The notes beneath the pieces are model-generated. The model saw nothing but the letters and a program-made list of their open reading frames with translations, ran no database searches and was not told where the DNA came from. This document shows, one piece after another, positions 13,245-25,043 of a stretch of DNA of 64,000 bases. Numbering within the stretch: the stretch's first letter is position 1; each line of letters begins with the position of its first letter. The DNA lies in NCBI GenBank assembly GCA_043228905.1, contig JBHGNT010000001.1, positions 30,194,001 through 30,258,000 on the forward strand. The letters run 5' to 3'. Source of the DNA: Azolla caroliniana (Eukaryota > Plantae > Polypodiophyta). The translations under genes were made by a program, and so were the position numbers.

Positions 13245-16200
13245 ATGGAGAAGGAGAAGGAGGAGAATTGGGGGCGTGCTCAGTCGATCTGCTTCAGCAT
13301 TGATTTGGTGGCATCGGCGCAACGGCTGCGGTCCTTTTTGGCCGCCGTTGACCGCCACCCATGCCTCTATGTCCCCCACGGCCCCGCGCTGTCCGCCGCC
13401 ATACGAAGGTAAGGAATTGCTCTGACTTTATTCATAGGCAAAAAAACAAAGACAAAAACAAAGGCAAAAACAAATGAGTACATTCTGGTTTGATACCACA
13501 TATACAACCCACACCCACAACCCAATTGTAATACATACATACATACATACAGATACGAGGAATGCTGGCTCCCTCTCCTTGCTTCATCCCCCGACGGGTT
13601 CACACCTTTGGCCGAATCCCTTGGCCGACAACCGCTCCCGCTTCGCCCGCCTCTCGACTGCGAGTGGGTTTGGCTTTGCCATCGCCTCAACCCGGTAAAA
13701 ACTTCCCACAAATTACTTCCAACCCCACTCATTTCTTTAGGGTTTTGGTTTGGTTTTTTTTATTTTAATTCTTCTAGTTTCCAGGAAACATGGTATAGTG
13801 ACTGACATTAGGGAGAAAGCTGTGTTGAAGAAAGGGTTCTGTTGTGACTCTAGAGCACGCATGCCTGGAGAAAACCCGCAAAAAACAAGACTAGAAAGAA
13901 AGACTGGCATTGCCTTGTCTTTGACCTTACCCAAACCTGCCATGGGTTTTTTGTACATAAAAACTTATTTACGCCATCTAGAAGAACCTTCCAATCCACT
14001 GATCCAGTAAAGATTTGTGCCTGTTGTTGAATTTGGAAGCTCAGGTGGGGGGGGGAGTGAAAGTGGTTTTCCGCAAATTGAGAATGACATGATTATTGAG
14101 ACATATGTTACATCTCTTTTTTGCTATGCTCAAAACACATCAAATTTTTCATCAGACTTTGGCTAGTTATGTGACCACAAAAGTGCTCCATGTACAAGTG
14201 TAACTGGACATAACTCTTGAGTCATGTATGTATATTAATTTAGGATAGGATCATGATTCCAACAAACAATGATATATTCTAGGTTGTATGTATATAAATA
14301 GTTCTCTAGATCAAATCTTTTTTTCTTTATCTTTCTCCTGAACTGAAGGAGTTCCTGTTTTCTCTTTTCCTTAGATCGAATATGCAAGAAATTGTAACCT
14401 TCACTATGGGCGCCTCTTGGGTCCCCCACCTGACCTTGACTCTCTTGAGGCTACACAGAGCACTCAGAGATTTTGGGAGAAGAGGTTTCCACATGAGCCA
14501 TACACCCTTGATCTCACCATGTTTGCTGATGGGCGCATCCCTCCTGCTACTAACATACATGAGTCGAAGTTCAGTTACGATCTCCATGCGGCGGTTGCTA
14601 GACAAAGCACTTTCTTCTACCAGGTATGATTACTGTACTATGTTTTAAATTGCTTGTGCATAGTGACAATTCGTTCCCATCCGTTGATCTCCACCTTTGG
14701 ATTGATTTGAGCAGGTCTCTGAAACACATATGGGAGATGAAAGTTTCTTGAGGGCCGCAGAGCAACGCTACAAGGGTTTTTTGGAGTTGTTCAGAATGAC
14801 CAACTCCAAGTTCTTTCTCGTTCCAACTTATGACATTGACTTGATATGGCATGCTCACCAGCTCAATCCCATAGCTTACGACAAAGACATTACACAGATT
14901 CTCGGAAGAGTTTTAGGGCATGATGATTCTGATTCCGACCGAACTCCTGGCCATAAGCTACAAGAAGGGTTTGATCAAACTTGTAAATTGTGGCTTGAAA
15001 CATATGGTAGCATATATGAGCGAGCTGGTGCCATGTACCGAGGCAAGCCTCCAAGTACTATCCCTAGGTCAATGTCACTACAACGTATGCTTCCTGAAGT
15101 TTTGGGAACCCCACTAGATTTTACGCCGATTGCACACCGGGAAACAATGCAAGTACGTATGTTTACTTCTTAATTCCTTTCCTTGCTTTGTGATTTCCGT
15201 GAAAGTAACATGCTTTCCATTCCTTTCTCCCTGTTATGAGCATATGTACTGACTCTTTGATGCACAGGTGTTTCTGGCAGTTATTGCAGCTCGGAATGTT
15301 CCGACCAACCTAAAGGGTAAGCTGGCCGTCAGGTTGCGGATGCAGCGTAAATCCAGCTCCTTTAAAATGGATACTCCAGCTGTTCCATTGTCATCAGAAG
15401 TAACATGGAACCAAAAATGGGAATTTGGAGTTGAAATATCAACAGAAGGCTTTACATTGGAGTTGCAATTTCGGCGTTCAAAAAAATTCACAGAGATATT
15501 CCGATCTAGGGATTCTCGTACCATGGTTCTAGGGGAATTGCATCTTTCATGGAAAAAGGTGCTTGAATCCCCATCCCTTGCCTACAATGGTTGGGTCACT
15601 TTAGAGAGCAGCAATTATCAGAAGCCAGAACCATCCCTGTTTATATCTGTATCTTTAACTCCTCCACAGCTGGCACCACAGTTGTTGCGTACCATCAAGG
15701 CTTTACCCACAGACAACACAGGCACAATGCAAAATTTGGTTGATAAACATTCTGGACGCTGGTTATCTAGGACTGTACTAGACCATGCTAATAGGGAAGT
15801 CTTCATCATCCGTGTCAGGTATTTCATATAAATCAATTGCTAAATATTTATACATTTGACTAGGCATTGCGTATTAGGATTGTGCAATGCTACGTGTAGA
15901 GAAAACTTCCAAATGCAACTACCTTTCCATCACATCATGAACATTCAGCTATAATCTATATCTCTGACTAGGTACACTAGTAGCACAATCTCTGGTTACA
16001 AACGAATAACTGAAAGTGAAAAGTGCATTAACATTCATCAAGGTGGCTGGCAGTACAAAGACAGTACTGGTAAAGGGATTGCTCCAGGTATAGCAAGTAC
16101 TTCAAGTCATTTTCTAATTAATAAAAAAAACCTCTAAATTATTTTCCTTGTCTTAATAAAGGTAGTCTAGAATAGAAATAAAAGATAATTGAATACTTAT

Positions 16201-19200
16201 AACTATGATATGAACTAATTGCTCCATGATTCGTCATTTCATTAAAATACACATAAAAAGTACTTTACAGATAATGTATGTACTAATGTTCGTTCATCTT
16301 TCCATGACATTGTGTTAGTCATTGTTTGGATTAGCATAATATAAAATATAGCATATCAAGAATTTCTCAAAAATAGCAAGTTTATGATTGACCTAACTAA
16401 AAAGAGAGAATCTTCTATTGACAAAAGTTTAACTTGGCAATGCTGTTGGAGTTTTGATACAGGTAATATAAATCCCCTATTTTTTTAATAAGAAAAAGAA
16501 GAAAAGTATGTGAATATGCTTTGCGAGCTTCTAATTGAAACACCCAATCCTGTACCAACTAATTGTAAATATGATTTATAGACACGCCTAGAGAGTGGTA
16601 TTCTGCCCACAAAGAACCAATCCAACCATGGCTCCTCAAAATTAATGAAACAGGAGCAACCAAGGCATGCAGACCTTTCAACTTCTTTTGAAAGGACTGC
16701 TAGTGTCAGGGTATATGATATCAATCTTGAGCTGTCCAGAATGTCATTAACCTTCAGTTAGAAGGTAGTTCAATTTCTTTAACTTTAAATGAAAGAATCA
16801 TTACCATCTCATACATGAGAAAATGCTCAGAGCACTCAAATCTTTTATCAAAGGGGATGCTAATTAGCATGTTGTAAGACGCATGGTGACTGGGCAATCA
16901 ATGTCATTACAGGCCCTAAAAATATGCATTACCTGGCTACTCTCGACAACTTGCACCAAGACCAGAGATGGTAGTTCTTCCATAAGAGATGTCAGAATGG
17001 GCAATAAAATTTTCCATCATTACTGTCCAATGTAGTACATAACTTGATTTGCAAGAGAAAAGAAGCGTCCAGTCGCCATATTCCTAGGGATCATCTGTTT
17101 TGTTAAACCAGATTACACCACAAGGAAATGCTGGGAACTGTGCAATAAAGTGTATGTTTTCACAAATTCAGATGGTGGTCCTACCAGCTCTCATGGATGG
17201 AAGGATGCGGTCTCCTTCAACTCCTTCACTGTTGCGCACTAAAATGAGAGCGAGAGAGAGGTTCAGCAAAAGGAAGAATTTTCCAGAAGTGGAAATTTTA
17301 GGTTCCACAAGATTAAAAGGAGAAATGGGAAATTTGGAAACAAAGGTTCAGAAGCAGAAAGGATACATTTTGCAGAAGTAGGGCATCCAGAATTCTGAAC
17401 ACAAACCTATGAAAATGTATTATGTGGTGGAATGCAGTGCAACCATTCATATATTGGCTCTGCATATTAGTCTTACGATAATAGTAGCTGGTCAAGATAC
17501 GTTAGGTCCTGTTTGTGTGTTATGCAGTCCTCATCAAATAAGGCCATTAGGAAGGATTTCCAAATGTAGAAGGATCTGGGTATACGTGGTATGTTCATGA
17601 AACATTGCTGAAGAGAATGAAATGTAGAGATCAAAGTCAAGATGTGAAAGCCTCGTAAGGTGTTCGTCAACCATCTTTGCTAACAATGGCATGTATTAAA
17701 TTTTATGCAGATGAGAGATAATAACCTTGCTCCCATAAACCGTTGGTCATGCATAAAGGGCCTGAGACTTGATTAATGCATTTGGGTACCTGTACAATGT
17801 GCTGGTGAAAGAAATGTACACTGTTAGCGAGGGTTTATTAGTGTGATCACCGTTTGCATCATGCGCAATTTTTTATGATGTGTCTCAAGCTATATTTGTA
17901 GGGCTTTTAAGTGATGGTAACTCGGTATAAAATGACACCATGTGAAAGGAATCTATGGCATAAATAATGCTAGTCTCCATCATTAATAATCAACTCCATT
18001 TTGTGTATTTTCAAGCAGAAACTCTCTCCTCTTCCCCCATAATTCATCACAATTTGTTCTCTTTTATGCTTTTACACTCATTTCTTAAGCGTCACACATC
18101 CGTATGTTGTATTTGCAGCCAATGTAGTGGCAACTGCTCATCAAGTTGTGACCGGCCAAGAAACAAAAAAAGCACTATCTATGCAAAGATGTTGGTGTTT
18201 CTTTGGAAATACCAGCCGTCTTATTGTGACCAGGCCAAGAGACACACGTGGCCAGATTTTCAGTCCTCTTCTTGAGCTCGATGGAAGTCTCCGAAATCAG
18301 GTTTGTTCTACATGCCACCCTTAATGAGAAAGAAACACGATGTTTTAAATGTAAACTCTAAATGCCACATTTGCAGAAATACCTCATAGTATTGCTCTTT
18401 TTTGGATGATACAGATAAGTGTACAATGTGGTAGGAAACTAGAGTACGAGGTGAATGGAGCAAGTGAAAAAGACGAAAGGGGTTTTGTGACTCTCATACG
18501 TTATGACACCATTGATGCACCTTTTGGACGAGCAACAGCACTCTTCAATTGGAGAACTGGTGCTATGGAGGTTTGGTTTATATCATTGTCCCTAAATTAG
18601 AATGTTGTATACTTCTTTTTGTAACTTGCAGATGTCCAAGGTGAACATTATTGGTGTATGTATGCTCTAGGTCTCACCAAACGAAAGCGTAATCCTTGTC
18701 TTACTATTGTCAACAATCATTTCCATGTCTGTATTTGACATGGAGGGTTTGGATGTGAGATTCAAGTCGAACCCTGCTTTTCCAAGCCCATCAACGCAAT
18801 CATCTGATGAATGGGGTGAGTAAAAATCTGCCATCTGTATTCAAAACATTTATCACAAGCCTATGTTCCCATCTGTCATATTTTTAGCTAATTTTCCCAT
18901 CATTTTCACTTGTCATCTGTGTGACAAGATTGAGGCTGCTTTTTGAAAACAGGTCATCTTGTTTTGATGAAGTATTGAGATTTGTTTTTCACTTGTAGGC
19001 TCTGTTGTCTTGAGAGGAAATATTGCATACAAATCCATGATACCATATTATACTTGGTGGGACATTTCACCACTACTGTGGGTCTACTTGTTTTATGACA
19101 ATGGCAATGTTGTAGTAGGAGGAGCATGTGGTGGTGGTGCTTGTGGAACTGCTTGTGGCAGTGCCGATGTTGGTGGTGGTGGTGCTTGTGGTGGGGGTTG

Positions 19201-19261
19201 TGGTGGTGGTGGTGGTGGTTGTGGTGGGGGTGGGGGTTGTGGTGGAGGTTGTGGGGGCTGA
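13245..19261 (+). CDS. GRDP: Glycine-rich domain-containing protein (GRDP, DUF1399). Exons 13245-13408, 13553-13694, 14375-14623, 14715-15152, 15268-15818, 15972-16087, 18119-18300, 18415-18570, 18671-18815, 18999-19261
   Basis: Spliced product MEKEKEENWGRAQSICFSIDLV...RYEECWLPLL...PPLDCEWVWLCHRLNP...AAVARQSTFFYQV...FLVPTYDIDLIWHAHQL...LGHDDSDSDRT...GAMYRG...GRKLEY...ATALFNWR, with a C-terminal GGCGGG tail. These match plant GRDP1/2 motifs. GT-AG junctions keep frame. Confidence 0.92.
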
Positions 19262-20017
19262 TTGCCTAGTTTGAATGACTCAAAAATGTAATGTATATGT
19301 TTCATAGAGGACTTGTTTTTCTTGTACTATCCATTGACACTAATAAATAACAAGTATGTTGATTGGTGGTGGTGGTTGTGATGGGGGTGAGGGTGAGGGT
19401 TGTGGTGGAGGTTGTAGGGGCTGATTGCCTAGATTGAATGACTCAAAAATGTAATGTATATGTTTCATAGAGGACTTGTTTTTCTTGTACTATCCATTGA
19501 CACTAATAAATAACAAGTATGTTGATTGGTGGTGGTGGTTGTGATGGGGGTGAGGGTGAGGGTTGTGGTGGAGGTTGTAGGGGCTGATTGCCTAGTTTGA
19601 ATGACTCAAAAATGTAATGTATATGTTTCATAGAGGACTTGTTTTTCTTGTACTATCCATTGACACTAATAAATAACAAGTATGTTGATTGGTGGTGGTG
19701 GTTGTGATGGGGGTGAGGGTGAGGGTTGTGGTGGAGGTTGTAGGGGCTGATTGCCTAGATTGAATGACTCAAAAATGTAATGTATATGTTTCATAGAGGA
19801 CTTGTTTTTCTTGTACTATCCATTGACACTAATAAATAACAAGTATGTTGATTGGTGGTGGTGGTTGTGATGGGGGTGAGGGTGAGGGTTGTGGTGGAGG
19901 TTGTAGGGGCTGATTGCCTAGTTTGAATGACTCAAAAATGTAATGTATATGTTTCATAGAGGACTTGTTTTTCTTGTACTATCCATTGACACTAATAAAT
20001 AACAAGTATGTTGATTG
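19208..20017 (+). repeat. Tandem array of about 5 x 163 bp containing the last Gly codons, stop codon, 3'UTR and AATAAA of GRDP
   Basis: CTGATTGCCTAG occurs at 19258, 19421, 19584, 19747 and 19910, an exact 163-bp period. Confidence 0.97.
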
Positions 20018-21849
20018 TATATCTACATATCTGCTTTTGGGCACGCGTTTGTTTGCGAAATGCATGTCACATGTGCACGGACATGCATTGGGCCTTTATC
20101 CGTAGGTGGTGATCAAGGAGCAATGAAAATGGTTCGTAAAGGTTATTTTTGGCCAAAGTCTTATCTCTACTAGAGGAGAGCACAAAAGCCTAAGGATGAG
20201 CTCATTTTGAAATCAAAATTGGGTTGACGAGAAGTAGATTTGCATGAAGTTTACTGAAGGAATGGGCAAATTTGAATTGTAGCAAACAAATAGACAATAG
20301 AGAGGGCATATTATTGTTATGCATAGCTAGTTATCACATCAATCGCACACATTCAAGGTCTCTTCTTTGACTCCAAGGAAGGTGCACATTTTGCATATAA
20401 AAATCATAATTTTCTTAAAGACTGCTGTTTAGTTGATCATGTGGTTGTATGTAGTTGTTTGACTTGGCGTTTAGTTGTGTTGGTGTTGTATTGATATAGG
20501 CTCGTAATAGATCACTAGTACAACATATAATAGTTGTTCGAATGATATCCTTGTGCTTCCTCATATTTCCACATATCAAAGCCAGTGGTGGAGTCGTATC
20601 TTACCATGAATTAGTTCTCAAATCTTTGTATCTCTCTATTGCAATGGACCATCTTCAATGGTATTTGAGTTTCCTTTCCCAAAAACATTTGAAGCAAATT
20701 TTGATTTCACAATACACTCCTAATTACAATGTTCATTACAAAATATGGAATGAAAGTAAAACATTCTCATTACAAAACTCATTGTCAACAATGTCTACTA
20801 GTTGTTTATTTCCAATTTCAACAGTTGAATTTGCAAGCACAATTTCTGCTCTAGACTCATGACTCATGAGAGAAAATTGATGTGGATAAGATGGAGTAAT
20901 AACACTTTGATGCAAAACAACTTGATTCTTGTCAGAGATTGGTGAATAGTGTTCCTTATAGACATGGAGACCATAAGATGGTGGAGTCGCAATTTATAAC
21001 AAACTTTGAATTCTTTTCGAGTTTCCAAAGGAATCTTGTTATAATATCATGCTACCATAGTAGTTGTTATGCCACAACAGCTACAATGTCATGCTAGGAT
21101 GATAGTCATAACCTCATGCTAGAGCAATAGAGATGATGTCATGCTAGGTTGATAGGTATGATGCCATAATGTGATATAGATGGAGCCAATTATCACAATG
21201 TTTGCGTAATTTTCTACTTCTCAAAAGGAACACATTACAATACAATACCATGCAAGGATGCCAACAAATGAGCATTCCACCCAGGAAGAAAGGTTTCATT
21301 TCTTCCCAATGACACAAAAAATATGCATACCTAAGGATACTATCTATCACGAAGAATGTAAGCATCTTAGTGTATTCTCATAACGAGCTGTTGTTGCCTA
21401 ATATTGTGCATCACAATGTGTATATAACAAGACCCTTCAAAATCTTGTGCATTTGTGATTCCAATGAATCTGATTTCCTCTATTATTTTCTTTAAGATGT
21501 TGCATGTGAGTTTTCTTAGTGGACTCCCCTTAGTCTAATTGTCTGATTTTCCCGAAGAACCTAGTTAATTTGATTTGAGGTTCACAAGAAATGCACGCCT
21601 CAGCGTAAAACCATTACACTGGCCTACATGTATACACATCCACCTACACATACATGCATTAAGCTTCTTATTTACGGAGTTTGGCAAAAGCTAAGCAAGT
21701 ACGTTCTTCACAAAAAACACATGCTTCACAAGTCGTTAAGTAAAACCAGTACATGGCTAGTGATACCAAACGGCTGTTGGCACATACACAAAATCATATA
21801 AAAATGTATCCACAAAATCAAATGTATATATAAAAATGTATGCACAAAA

Positions 21850-22562
21850 TCAAATACCTACCAAATGTATTTACAGACAATTACTTGGGTGGCATACCCT
21901 AGCTCACTAGTAAAGTAAAATCAACAAAAATGTATACTTGGAGAGCAACATTAATGCCATATCTTAGAACATTATGTAAAACCACTCGCAAGTGCACAAT
22001 GGGCCACCAAATGAAGCACATATCCTAAGCTATGAAGTGTAACTATCAACCATTCTACATATCCTAGCCCAACATATTGACTTCTGCAAAAAGCAAAATA
22101 ATAAGGGCAACATTTGTGGCATAACCCACGTCAAGAAGTAACACAACTAACCAAAATTAGAATGGCGTACCCTAGTCAATGCAGTAAACCCACTAGCTAG
22201 ATGTATATATAGATAGAAACATTAATGGCATATCATAGGCCTCTTATAGGCCATGAATGAACCACAATCAAACGTATATATGGAGAGTAACATTGATCAA
22301 TACACCAGGTCCTGATGCAAAACTACAAGCAAGATTGTTTAAATGTAGTACCATACTAATGCCATACCCTGTCTTGAAGTAAAACAAATATAAAATCATG
22401 TATATATGGAGTGCAACATTGAGGAAGTACCATAGGCCATGTTCTAAAACCACAATCCAATGTATATACGGATAGCAACTTTGATCACATACCCTACGCA
22501 TTTAATACAAGCAACTAACCAAATGTATATATGAAGAGCAACATTGATAGCATACCCTAAAG
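21850..22562. repeat. Degenerate tandem array, ~62-63 bp unit, just downstream of the RRM gene stop
   Basis: A core like ACCAAATGTATATATGGAGAGCAACATTGATGGCATACCCTAG recurs near 21862, 21930, 22201, 22273, 22398, 22460 and 22523. Spacings near the gene are 125, 62 and 63. Confidence 0.75.
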
Positions 22563-22625
22563 TCATGAAGCAAAACAACTATCAAAATGCGACTGCATTG
22601 AGGGAATTCCGTAAAGACAAAGTCA

Positions 22626-23516
22626 TCATTGAGAAGCCGAAGCAGCAGGCTTTTGAGATGCCTCATTGACCCGCAAGGGGCGACCATCAAGAGGCGATCC
22701 ATTCAGAGCTTCGACGGCCTTCTTCATCTCTTCTTCATTCGACATAGTTACGAAGCCAAAACCTCTTGATCTCCCCGTCTCCCGGTCAGTCATAACCTTC
22801 GCATCATAGACCGTACCATGAGCTGCGAACAGGTTTTGCAACTTGGCATCATCAACAGACCAGGAGAGATTCCCCACAAATATCTTTGCATTTGATCTTG
22901 AAGAATCATCCCGGAACCATTTCGCATTCTTGGCCAGCCACTCCGGAGGGAATGGGTCACGTTCAACAAAGTCCATTCGCACATAGCGCCCTTGGAATTT
23001 GGCAGCATCCCTTCGGGCGTATACCGTCACCGCCTGCATTTTGCTTCCAAATTCGACAAATGCTCCGACCCCTTGAGAATTCCACTCCGGATCATCTGTG
23101 TACTCGAAATTCATCACTTTAACTGGTTCTTCTTGCTCTTCACATGTCACAAACCATTCTATCAAGTCATTCTTTAGCTTCTCTCTGTCTTCCGTGGGTG
23201 GTAAGTTGAATAGCTTCAGTTTGCTTCCTTTAGGTATGCCCATCACGTGCGGTATCTTGTAGAAATCTGGGTCTAAGGCCACTGTGCAGAGAGGTTTTGC
23301 TATGGATATGGAAAGCTTGGTAGACGAAACAGAAGAGACAGGCCGGAGCCGAGAAGAAGGGAGAGTATATGAGGCAATCCATCGCATTGAAGAAAAATAA
23401 GAGGATGAAGAAGAAGCTGAATTACAGAGAGCCGAGTTCTTGAGCAAGGAGATGAAAAGGGCGGCCGGGGTGGATCCTGCTAGTCTGTTTTTCCTGCACA
23501 GGGTAGCCATCGCCAT
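22626..23516 (-). CDS. Intronless two-RRM RNA-binding protein (cpRNP/CP29-CP31-like C-terminal RRM) with putative organellar transit peptide
   Basis: Canonical RRM2: KIFVGNLSW (RNP2) and DRETGRSRGFGFVTM (RNP1). Divergent RRM1: KLKLFNLP...GVGAFVEFGS. N-terminus MAMATLCRK is S/R-rich. The ORF is open to 23621, so the start at 23516 is inferred. Confidence 0.88.
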   Translation of the reverse strand: MAMATLCRKNRLAGSTPAALFISLLKNSALCNSASSSSSYFSSMRWIASYTLPSSRLRPVSSVSSTKLSISIAKPLCTVALDPDFYKIPHVMGIPKGSKLKLFNLPPTEDREKLKNDLIEWFVTCEEQEEPVKVMNFEYTDDPEWNSQGVGAFVEFGSKMQAVTVYARRDAAKFQGRYVRMDFVERDPFPPEWLAKNAKWFRDDSSRSNAKIFVGNLSWSVDDAKLQNLFAAHGTVYDAKVMTDRETGRSRGFGFVTMSNEEEMKKAVEALNGSPLDGRPLRVNEASQKPAASASQ

Positions 23517-23661
23517 AGCCAAAAACCCTAGGAAACCCCTCTCCAAGAAGAATTGGGAATGGAGTGACAAAATAAGGGGAAGGTGGGTTCCTCTAGTAAG
23601 TCTTCTTTTTTGGTTATTCATGACATAACGCGCTTCTGTTCACACGGTAGGACAACATGGA

Positions 23662-23698
23662 CAAGAAGAAGAAGAAGAAGAAGAAGAAGAAGAAGAAG
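23662..23698. repeat. (AAG)n microsatellite upstream of the RRM gene
   Basis: Pure AAG run visible in the sequence. Confidence 0.9.
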
Positions 23699-24083
23699 GT
23701 ATTGGGTGCCCACCCACACTCTTTGTTTGGGACTGCAAAAATGTCACACAGTGTAAATTTGTATGTATTCCTCAGCCCCCACCCTCGTCTTCTTCGATTA
23801 TGTCCATCGGTTTAGGGTCTTATGATTCACGATTTACAGTTTAACCAATGGTATGAAGAAGCATCAAGGTCTAGATTGGTCTACACTTAAACAAACTTAG
23901 ACCTTATTAGTGAGCCATTCCATTTCACATTGACTACCACTATTAGTATTAGCATGCATGGTATCCAACACCGTTTGATTCTTTAAGAAGAAACAAGGCA
24001 TGGGGTAGGATAAGATGAGACCATTTAGCATCACAAAAGGGTATATAAACCCTTGCAAAATAGCTTAATGCACGACAGACAAA

Positions 24084-24150
24084 AATACAAATACTATTAC
24101 ATAAAAGGTGACATGGAATACAAATACTATTACATAAAAGGTGACATGGA
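24084..24150. repeat. Perfect tandem duplication, 2 x 33 bp
   Basis: AATACAAATACTATTACATAAAAGGTGACATGG at 24084 and 24117. Confidence 0.92.
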
Positions 24151-25043
24151 TGATTACCTGACATAATTGTCTTATCAATGCAAATGGTAACCATTGAGAA
24201 ACAAGTCAAAACATATATTTTGCCTAACTTTAACTTGCCAACTCTCGCATAATTTCAAGGAGCATCTAGCAAGAAGGCTCATCTTTCACCCTTCTTAGAT
24301 GTGGATTATCAAGTGCTAGTTATGACCAAATCTGTATTGCAAGAAACGGAAATAGTGGAGTGCTGTATTTTACCTTAATCTTAAATCTGCTTTTTTCTCA
24401 GAATGCTTAAAAGTACTAGACCCTACTCTTTAGCTTGAAGCACTTTGAAAATGCATTTTCCTCCTTACATTCACTACAGACTTGATGAAGACACAATTAT
24501 GTGCTTGATCAAAAGATTCTATGAGTTAACGTTTACCCTTGTACATCCAGCTTGGATTTGTTAGCGTCAATCTTATAAAATCACCATTTTACACATTTGC
24601 ATTTATCTTTCCCCACCATACCAATGTCTTACGGATATTCATGTTCTTGACAAACTTGTTATTTTTTGGCCAAAAGGTTCAAGTACAAGAGGAAATCTTG
24701 GAGGCAACCTCATACTCTAGCCCTATTTTAAGATAATAGTTACCAAACTCAAACATGAGAACATAGCTTTTACTATGAAAAAGGCAGAGAATCGAGATGA
24801 AGATAGTGTACAAAACTTAAGAAATCGAGTAGGTACACAATAATAGATACAAATCTTCATCCATCAAATCTCTTCATCACATTTACAATACATGCCTCTG
24901 TACTTGGCTTTTCAACTGTAATTCAGTCACACTGTGGACGGAATTATTAAATGAAATGATGCATGGTATGATGCCTCAGATGGAGGGGTTTTCCATCTTG
25001 AAACTATTTTGAAAAATTCAATTTTTTGTTGTTTTAGATATTA

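Noticed and set aside
19093-19305. Proline-rich, extensin-like ORF on the minus strand
   Set aside because: It is only the reverse complement of the GRDP Gly-rich tail.
19208-22562. The 163-bp and ~62-bp arrays as CRISPR-like repeat-spacer arrays
   Set aside because: The 163-bp units are wholly repeated with no unique spacers. The 62-bp units are degenerate throughout. The context is plant nuclear DNA with no cas-like ORF.
23517-23621. N-terminal extension of the RRM ORF from the upstream ATG at 23621
   Set aside because: The extension reads like 5'UTR and includes a telo-box (TAGGGTTTT). MAMATL begins a more plausible transit peptide. Not excluded without TSS data.
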